From Candidatus Jordarchaeales archaeon (GTDB lineage: Archaea > Asgardarchaeota > Jordiarchaeia > Jordiarchaeales > Freyrarchaeaceae), in assembly GCA_038889235.1 (NCBI GenBank), contig JAWAHN010000003.1, positions 143,703 through 175,702 of the forward strand: a DNA stretch of 32,000 bases, given 5' to 3'. The notes below the pieces were generated by a model. It was not told the DNA's origin, made no database searches, and saw only the letters and a program-made list of their open reading frames with translations. The position numbers and the translations under genes are program-made. Each line of letters opens with the position of its first letter. Position 1 is the stretch's first letter. Positions 25,617 through 32,000 of the stretch are shown piece by piece.

Positions 25617-26136
25617 GTACGCTTAACAGTTTTGAGGATAGGAAAAAATCGCAGCGAAACCGGTCCCTTTCAACTATTGGTGGCTGACAAACTTTCGGGA
25701 AAACGAAAATGGGACCACGCTTTTCCGGAATCTTCTCATTCCTTGAAAGTGCTTGTTCATCTCCCGCGCGGAGGAATAAGTGTCGACTGGTGGAGCCAAC
25801 ACCGAAAATCCCGAGGAGTTCCTGCGAGGCAGCTCCAGTTGGAAAGCAAGCATTAACAGAAGACGCAGGTCTGCCTCGCTGCAAAGAAAAAACCCTTTCA
25901 AGCTTCAAGCCCCATCGACGGAGCCCACTAGCGATGCGCTCGTTTACAAACGCGGGGACGTGAATAGCGCTTCCTACGCTTCAGAAAGACACGCGAAGAG
26001 CCTTCCAAGAACGGCGATGCTAAAAGTGACACTAACCCACATTTAACACGTTCAATGAGCTTGCGAAATCCCTTTGGAGGAAGCGATGGAAACTCAACCA
26101 CAAGAAAGAAATTCAAGTTGAACACTATATCTCTGA

Positions 26137-27582
26137 ATGGGAGAGGAGAAGTTGGTTGGTGTCATCTCTTATGGCGCCTATATACCCCTGCATGCTTTAA
26201 GCAGGGAGCTCATTGCTAAAGCATGGGACTTCCCCTTTGTTCCCGGAACTAAAAGCGTCGCCAACGCAGATGAGGACAGCGTGACCATGGCTGTTGAGGC
26301 CTCAATGGACTGCCTTACGGGGCTTGAGCCGCAAAGCGTCGACGGCGTCTTTTTCGCGACAACAACACCCCCTTATGCCGAGAAGATGAGCGCGCCCACA
26401 ATAGCTTGGGCTCTCGACATGAGGAGAGACGTGATGACCATAGACTTCACAGGCTCGCTTAGAGCTGGCACAACAGCGCTGATCGCAGCATACAACACCA
26501 TCAAAAGTGGGGCAGCAAAGAGGATTCTTGTCGCTGCAGCCGACTGCAGGATACCTGAACCGGAAAGCATGTACGAGTTCCAGTTTGGAGACGGAGCAGC
26601 GGCAGTTCTACTCGGAAACGAGGACGGAGCAGCCAGAATAGTGGACTACTACACGGTGAGCGACGAGTTCGTCGGCCCCTGGAGGAAGAGCGGAGACGTT
26701 TGGGTTAGAGAGTTCGAGGCTAGGCACGACGTGATCTATGGTTACGGAAAGAACGCAATCGACGCCATCGCCGGGCTCATGGCTAAGACGGGCGTTAATG
26801 CGAGTGACATATCGAAGCTCGTCCTCTACGCTCCTGAGCCTAGAAGCCACATGACCGTCGCCCAGATGCTCGGCTTCAAGTTCGAGCAACTGCAAGACAC
26901 GTTCTTCTTCTCGCTGGGCGTGACAGGGGCACCTCACCCCCTCATAATGTTAGCCTCAGCGCTAGAAGCCGCGAAGCCCGGCGACAGGATCATTGTGGCA
27001 GGTGCAGGCGATGGAGGGGACGCGATACTCCTAGAGGTCGAAGAGGGGATAAAAGAGGTTAACAAGGTCCCGAGGAGAGGGGTGAAGGGAAACCTTGAGA
27101 CGATGAAGACCCTCAAGAACTATAACGACTACATAAGGTTCAGGAACCTGTTGGGCAAGCAGAGGTTCACGCGGAAGACCTCCACGGTAACCTACTGGAG
27201 GGACAGGAAGGAGATACTCCCCCTCAAGGGGGTTAGATGCAGGAACTGTGGAACCGTCCAGTACCCGATCGTTAGGGTGTGCTACGAGTGCGGGTCAAAG
27301 GACAACTTTGACGAGGTTAGGCTGGCTAAAAGGGGGGTTGTCTACACTTTCACGCTAGACCACCTGGTTGGAGGCGAGTACTACACCACTCCCGTCCCGC
27401 GCGTCGTAGTCGAACTTGAAGGCGGAGGGCGGGTTTTCGTCGAAATGACTGATTGTGAACCCGGCGAGGTGAAGATCGGCATGCCCGTCGAGTTAACGTT
27501 CAGAATAATACATGAGAGCGAAGGCTTCTACCACTACTACTGGAAGGCTAGACCTGTTAGGGAGAAAAGAAGGGAGGGGTGA
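26137..27582 (+). CDS. Non-catalytic HMG-CoA synthase-like domain fused to DUF35 (Zn-ribbon plus OB-fold)
   Basis: YGAYIP, ANADEDSVTMAVEA and GDGAAAVLL give the HMGS fold, but the catalytic Cys position reads SLRAGT. The C-terminus has CRNC...CYEC followed by GVVYTFT/VVELEGG/GMPVELTFR. Confidence 0.88.
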   Translation: MGEEKLVGVISYGAYIPLHALSRELIAKAWDFPFVPGTKSVANADEDSVTMAVEASMDCLTGLEPQSVDGVFFATTTPPYAEKMSAPTIAWALDMRRDVMTIDFTGSLRAGTTALIAAYNTIKSGAAKRILVAAADCRIPEPESMYEFQFGDGAAAVLLGNEDGAARIVDYYTVSDEFVGPWRKSGDVWVREFEARHDVIYGYGKNAIDAIAGLMAKTGVNASDISKLVLYAPEPRSHMTVAQMLGFKFEQLQDTFFFSLGVTGAPHPLIMLASALEAAKPGDRIIVAGAGDGGDAILLEVEEGIKEVNKVPRRGVKGNLETMKTLKNYNDYIRFRNLLGKQRFTRKTSTVTYWRDRKEILPLKGVRCRNCGTVQYPIVRVCYECGSKDNFDEVRLAKRGVVYTFTLDHLVGGEYYTTPVPRVVVELEGGGRVFVEMTDCEPGEVKIGMPVELTFRIIHESEGFYHYYWKARPVREKRREG

Positions 27583-27585
27583 TAG

Positions 27586-28749
27586 TTGAGAGGTAGAATT
27601 AAGGATAAGGTGGCCATAATAGGGGTTGGATGCACGAAGTTCGGCGAGCTCTGGGAGAAGGACATGGAGGACCTCCTCGTCGAGGCCTCATACGAGGCAT
27701 TCGAGGACGCTGGAATAGAGCCGCGCGACGTCGACGCCATATGGTGCGGCATATTCTACTACTTCACGGGGCTTGCAGGCGTCTCAGCAGCTGAGCCACT
27801 CAAGCTGTACGGCAAGCCGGTGACTAGGGTTGAGAACTTCTGCGCCTCTGGGATGGACGCCTTCAGGAACGCCTGCTTCGCCGTAGCGTCAGGGGCATAC
27901 GACATAGTCATGGCTTGCGGTGTCGAGAAGCTAATGGACCAGGGGTCGAGGGGGCTACCCGGGCTAACGGAGTTCGGTCACCCGTTCTACGGCCAGATAT
28001 CCGCCCCCGGAATGTTCGCTCTGGCTGCAACCCGCTGCTTCCACGAGTACGGCTGGACTAAGGAGGATCTGGCGCTAGTAGCCGTGAAGAACCATTACAA
28101 CGGGGCAGCACATCCTAAAGCCCACTTCAGGCGCCAAGTGACCGTCGACGAGGTTCTTAAAGCCCCTATGATTGCTTGGCCCCTCGGGAGATACGACTGT
28201 TGCGCTATGTCCGACGGCGCCGCTGCAGTGATAATAACTAGGCCGGAGATAGCCAAACAGTACAGAGATGACTATGTCTTGGTAAAGGGGAACGGTTTAG
28301 CGGTCGAAACCGTGTACCCGTTCTTTAAGCCGTCATTCGACTTTCTAGGTTTCCCCGCCACCAGGAAGGCGGCTGAGGAAGCATACAAGGAGGCCGGTAT
28401 AGAGAACCCGCGCAAGGAAATAGACTTCGCCGAGGTGCACGACTGCTTCACGATAACCGAGCTGCTCAACTACCAGGACCTAGGCTTCTGCGAGAGGGGG
28501 CAGGGGGCGAGCCTGATACGTGAAGGCATCACGTCGATAGAAGGCGAGCTACCCGTCAACCCGTCAGGTGGGCTCAAGTGCTTCGGGCACCCAATAGGGG
28601 CTACAGGGTGCAGGATGATATATGAAGTGACAAAGCAGCTCCAGGGGAGAGCTGATGGGAGACAAGTGGAGGACCCGGAGATCGGGCTTGCGCACAACCT
28701 TGGAGGACCGGCAAGCGTTGCTTCAGTGACTATACTGGGGCGAAGATAG
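27586..28749 (+). CDS. Thiolase-family protein, archaeal/SCP2-thiolase/PhlC type (HDCF motif)
   Basis: ENFCASG (Cys86), DGAAAVI, EVHDCFTITE, NPSGGL..GHPIGATG and HNLGG. TTG start 3 nt after the upstream stop, with GGAGGGGTGA SD. Confidence 0.93.
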   Translation: MRGRIKDKVAIIGVGCTKFGELWEKDMEDLLVEASYEAFEDAGIEPRDVDAIWCGIFYYFTGLAGVSAAEPLKLYGKPVTRVENFCASGMDAFRNACFAVASGAYDIVMACGVEKLMDQGSRGLPGLTEFGHPFYGQISAPGMFALAATRCFHEYGWTKEDLALVAVKNHYNGAAHPKAHFRRQVTVDEVLKAPMIAWPLGRYDCCAMSDGAAAVIITRPEIAKQYRDDYVLVKGNGLAVETVYPFFKPSFDFLGFPATRKAAEEAYKEAGIENPRKEIDFAEVHDCFTITELLNYQDLGFCERGQGASLIREGITSIEGELPVNPSGGLKCFGHPIGATGCRMIYEVTKQLQGRADGRQVEDPEIGLAHNLGGPASVASVTILGRR

Positions 28750-28888
28750 ATGGTTGCAAGGGTAGCATTGGTTGAGGACGGCTACTGACAGCTAATTTTG
28801 ACGCTGCACAGAGCTAAGTTTTCTCGGGAGCCCCGTACGATGAGGTTTTATATGCCCTGCCACCATTTTTTTCCCTGAGGTGGGCTAG

Positions 28889-29041
28889 TTGAAGTATTGG
28901 GTGTCAAAGAGCCTGATCGAGAGGTTACGTGACGGTAAGGTTAAGCTTAGCTCTAAGAGGATCAAGCTCGGAAGGTACCTTATTAAGAGAAAGGTGGGCG
29001 TGTTGAGGTTTTATGGTAGTGAGAGTAAAAGTGAAGATTAA
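28889..29041 (+). CDS. Putative small basic protein (50 aa), below the ORF-track cut-off
   Basis: TTG at 28889, preceded by GAGGTG and a TTTTATAT box near 28845, encodes MKYWVSKSLIERLRDGKVKLSSKRIKLGRYLIKRKVGVLRFYGSESKSED. It overlaps the next gene by 29 nt. Confidence 0.3.
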   Translation: MKYWVSKSLIERLRDGKVKLSSKRIKLGRYLIKRKVGVLRFYGSESKSED

Positions 29042-29435
29042 GTCTCTGTCAACTGGCAAATCTAAGGATGAAGTTGTGCTTGTGAATAGTGGCGCTGAGA
29101 GTGAGGAGCCTGTAGTTGTGGTTGATGAAGCTGTGGCTAAGGAGCTGGGTGTTTGGCCCCCTGAAAATGCCGAGGTCGTGGAAGTTGAGGAGGCTTCCAC
29201 CCGCGGGCAGGCATACATTCTACCTTATGCTGTTGACCTTCAACTTCTGGGGGAGAAGGGAATTCTGTCTAGCGTAAGGGCGCACCTGGTCATCCAAGAA
29301 GGCTTGAATGAGCCGTTAATAACCGACGTTACAATAGATGCTTTGGGTATACAAGTGATAAGTTTTGGTGAGGGATTATGGAAGCACAAGCTGGATCCAC
29401 CCGGCGTTGTTAGGAGAAGCGAGAAGGTGAAGTAG
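29013..29435 (+). CDS. Retropepsin-like (clan AA aspartic protease fold) protein with Asn at the catalytic Asp position
   Basis: VRVKVKI...VVLVNSGAE..PVVVVDEAVAKELG and a C-terminal EPLITD..IDALGI follow the single-domain retropepsin pattern (hhD[ST]G here as VNSG). Confidence 0.7.
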   Translation: MVVRVKVKIKSLSTGKSKDEVVLVNSGAESEEPVVVVDEAVAKELGVWPPENAEVVEVEEASTRGQAYILPYAVDLQLLGEKGILSSVRAHLVIQEGLNEPLITDVTIDALGIQVISFGEGLWKHKLDPPGVVRRSEKVK

Positions 29436-29641
29436 CGGGTTCGTTCAGCACGTAGAACGTTTTCAACCCAAACGATTACCAATTACTCTCAACTTTTAGC
29501 CATTTCTAGGCGAAAGCGTAATTACCCGGTAGAAAGAAGATTCAAAATTCCCTATCTGGGCGCTGGAAAATGTAGCGAGACTAAGAAGGGTATAACGGCA
29601 TTAGCCTTCTTTTAGCTCTCTTAACAGGAAGAGAGTATACG

Positions 29642-29656
29642 TTTGTCATAAACAAA
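29642..29656. promoter_or_regulatory. Candidate transcription-factor dyad TTTGT-N5-ACAAA (copy 2)
   Basis: TTTGTCATAAACAAA lies just upstream of a TTATAATT box (about 29668) and 56-70 nt before ATG 29712. Confidence 0.35.
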
Positions 29657-29711
29657 AGAATGAAGAATTATAATTTTTCTAGAAGTGCCGTTTTATCGTC
29701 GGAGGATTTTT

Positions 29712-31385
29712 ATGAGGGGAGGAGTTAATGTATTTTTACTGTTATTTCCGCTTTTACTCGTTGTGGTTTTCGCAACTTGTTCTGTAGCTCACGATCAGCT
29801 GGTGCCGCTGCCAACGTTTCACTCCAGTGTTGTTCGTCTCCAGTTTCAGTTAGAAGTGAAGGAAATTAACATGACCGGGCCTTGGGAGGTATGGAACCGA
29901 GAAGTACCTGGACAAGGTAATAATTCTAGATGGGAGTTTGGTGGTTAAAGGTGGAGGTAGCTTCACTCTCACCAATGTGACGCTTAATGTTTGGAAGGAG
30001 ATATCAGTGTAGAAGTAGGAGTCTCACTTATCCTGAACTCACCATAAGCATTGGTTGTTACTTTAATGGGGAGCACCGGATAGATGGTTTATGGCGCGTT
30101 TAACGCTATTAATGGTTCAAGCATTCTCCTCTTTCAACAAAGCTTTCCTCCTCACTATTCATGAGGAGGCCAGCGTCTACATTGCCAACACAAGCATAAG
30201 TAAATGCGGCTACTATTTACAGGCATTGGGGGAAACCGTGTTTCAAACGTTTCTGAGGGCGGGCTGCTTGTTAAATCAAGCAATACTGACATAATTGCTT
30301 GCACCTTTACATACTGCTATGCCGGGGGTTATAGTTACCGCGAGCGGAGTCCTCATTGATGGCGTCCTCTTTAAAGACTGTGTGTATGGGGTAGTGACGA
30401 AGGAGGGATGGTTAACCTGAAGGGTTGCAGTGTTGTGAACTGCAGCTATAGCTTTCATCTGTTTTCCTCCCAGAATACTGTTAAGGGGTGTGTCGTTGAG
30501 GCGGCAAACGAAGGCATTGCACTGTACGAATCAGGTAACAGGATTTCCAGGTGCAACTTTTCACGCTGCAACCGCGCTGTGACCGCGTGTATGGCAGCGA
30601 AAACCGCGTGGAGGGCAACAAAGTCTCGGAGGCAGACGTAGGATTCACGACTGTTGGAAAGAAGAGTGAGGTTACCGGTAACTTTGCAGAGAAGTGTAAC
30701 CATTCTTCCTATGTAGTAAAATCAACAGACGGATTTTTGCGAGTAACAGTGTTGAGGGAGGAACGCATGGATTCTTGGTTGTGTTCTTCAGCCGGGAACT
30801 CCAGCAACGTTGTTAGGGTGCATGCTACGGTTTCTTTTTTGTCGAGTCCTAAGGGGCGACTGTTGTTGGCAACGAAATCTCCGACTGCGAGTACGCGGTA
30901 TTCTCATGGTTTTCGGAAGCTGAAACAAGCAACAACGCGTTCACATACAATATCTAAACATTTCTAATTTCACTCCTTACTTTAACCAGCTGGTCCAATC
31001 AGGCAATGTTCAACCAGACAGCCATCATGGCGCCTATCTTCTTCGCGGCTTTCATAGTCTACATGAGAGTGAAAGAGCACGTTGAGAGACGATGCAGAAC
31101 GCTCGGCACTACGGGAGCACTATTCTTTGCAGTAGCTGTAATCTCCTTCAACTCTGCATTATGGAGAGCGCGCGCCGGATTTAATTTGTCATTATTTTTC
31201 ATGTTCTACTTTGCTCAGTCAGCGCCTCCCTAACATCCAACCTTTATCCGACACCAGCAACGTACTTCGCTTACTACTATTATTGTTACATGTTCATATA
31301 CATGCCTTCCTTGTTTTACTACGTGAGAGTTGAGGCTTACTTTAAGTACGCCTTACTGACCGCGGCTTTCCTTTCAGCAAGATAA
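29712..31385 (+). pseudogene. Degraded secreted/membrane-anchored parallel beta-helix (NosD/CASH-like) protein
   Basis: Joining frames gives a signal peptide (MRGGVNVFLLLFPLLLVVVFATCSVA), then IILDGSLVVKGGGSFTLTNVTL, then repeated strands (SVYIANTSISKCG, LLVKSSNTDII, NTVKGCVVEAANEGIALY, NRVEGNKV, TVVGNEISDCEYAV), then a hydrophobic C-terminus. At least six frame switches plus in-frame TAA at 30850 and 30955. Confidence 0.75.
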
Positions 31386-31627
31386 GCTTTCTCGGCACGA
31401 GCTGGATGAACTTCTTACACCCGGAAAGAGACATGCCAGGTACGGCAGAATTAACAACGCCCTTTATTTTGGTGATAAAGTACACTTTATTGACAACAGG
31501 ATTTATAAAGTTTGAAGGAGGCGGAGGGGGCTGTTGAGCGTAAGGAGACCGAGCTCGCCACTAAACCCAAAAAAATGGAAAGGAGACCATGTTTACGGTA
31601 ATGCGAAAACACTTAACAACAAAAAAT

Positions 31628-31672
31628 TTATATCAATTATATCAATTTATTTTAGTCAAAAAGTTTTAAATA
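31628..31672 (+). promoter_or_regulatory. Promoter of the terminal ORF: tandem TTATATCAA x2 followed by BRE/TATA
   Basis: TTATATCAA at 31628-31636 and 31637-31645, CAAAAAG at 31657-31663, TTTTAAATA at 31664-31672. Confidence 0.5.
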
Positions 31673-31713
31673 TGAATGGAGGGTGAAGTAGGGCTTGTCT
31701 GGAGGGGGAAACA

Positions 31714-32000
31714 GTGGAGGTTGAAGTCACTAGGAGAGTTGCCGTGGATGCGGACTGGCTTTTGCTGGGTGGCCTAGGGGTGCTGGGGATAGCTGCCGTG
31801 AGCACTTTAACCCTCGCGTTATCCGTGCTACTCTACTCTTCTTCGCCCTTCACGATGGTCTACCCTAAGTTTCCATGGTACCTATACGTGGTTTTCCCAG
31901 TAATGCAGGACTACCTTAACATGTTGTGGCTTCTCTACGCGTCGTCGCCGCTCGCACCACTCTACGTTAGAGTGATGCAGGACTACCTTAACCTGGCGTG
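31714..32000 (+). CDS. Hydrophobic, internally repetitive membrane protein (3'-truncated by window edge; absent from the ORF track)
   Basis: GTG 31714 after GGAGGGGG opens a frame with no stop to 32000: MEVEVTRRVAVDADWLLLGGLGVLGIAAVSTLTLALSVLLYSSSPFTMVYPKFPWYLYVVFPVMQDYLNMLWLLYASSPLAPLYVRVMQDYLNLA. Confidence 0.7.
   Translation, partial: MEVEVTRRVAVDADWLLLGGLGVLGIAAVSTLTLALSVLLYSSSPFTMVYPKFPWYLYVVFPVMQDYLNMLWLLYASSPLAPLYVRVMQDYLNLA
31903..31992 (+). repeat. 18-bp exact direct repeat ATGCAGGACTACCTTAAC with 72-bp period (in-frame MQDYLN)
   Basis: Copies at 31903-31920 and 31975-31992. Confidence 0.85.

Noticed and set aside
25928-26125. Serine-recombinase-like fragment (KGFRKLIERVKCGLVSLL)
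   Set aside because: The catalytic Ser motif and DRLxR are absent, so the similarity is too weak to call.
26137-27582. Mevalonate-pathway HMG-CoA synthase
   Set aside because: The catalytic Glu, Cys and His positions are all substituted and the domain is fused to DUF35.
741-29482. Numerous 60-213 aa ORFs overlapping the called genes (e.g. 1518-2159, 5834-6301, 11305-11844, 24509-25024, 28925-29218)
   Set aside because: Antisense or off-frame shadows with Ser/Thr/Pro-rich composition, no SD and no recognisable motifs.
29712-31385. Stop-codon recoding or programmed frameshifting in the beta-helix gene
   Set aside because: Stops are mixed TAA/TAG/TGA, and the numerous frame switches go in both directions without common slippery sites. 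Decay explains them better.
31903-31992. CRISPR array start
   Set aside because: Only two 18-bp copies, an in-frame 72-bp period within an open reading frame, further protein-level similarity between the copies, and no cas genes or typical repeat ends.
1-32000. tRNA, rRNA, riboswitch or intact IS element
   Set aside because: No T-loop or cloverleaf, rRNA signature, recognisable aptamer consensus or transposase motif was found by eye. A covariance-model scan would be needed to exclude small RNAs.

Overview
Archaeal chromosomal window of roughly 50% GC with strong GGAGG/GGTGA ribosome-binding sites and many TTG/GTG starts. It probably comes from an anaerobic thermophile; Jordarchaeia/Freyarchaeia-, Bathyarchaeia- or Nezhaarchaeales-like lineages are plausible, but this cannot be decided from the window. 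1-7.5 kb: a complete four-component corrinoid methyl-transfer module, comprising an MtrH-type methyltransferase (5'-truncated), a corrinoid protein, a pyrrolysine-free MttB-superfamily methyltransferase and a RACo/DUF4445 activator. The module also contains an unknown protein and a divergent group II chaperonin whose ATP-hydrolysis residues are substituted. 7.5-28.8 kb: a dispersed acyl-CoA/beta-oxidation cluster with an acyl-CoA dehydrogenase, an enoyl-CoA hydratase, two 3-hydroxyacyl-CoA dehydrogenases, a classical thiolase, and a catalytically dead HMG-CoA-synthase/DUF35 fusion coupled to an HDCF-type thiolase. Interspersed are an F420/LLM oxidoreductase, two saccharopine-dehydrogenase-like enzymes, LarE, a stand-alone LigD phosphoesterase, a sirtuin, vapBC, GTP-PEPCK and a tandem pair of V4R proteins. 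28.9-32 kb: accessory region with an Asn-variant retropepsin-like gene, a heavily frameshifted beta-helix surface-protein pseudogene and the start of a repeat-containing membrane protein. No rRNA, tRNA, CRISPR array or intact transposase was seen. All family calls are by motif recognition, not database search.
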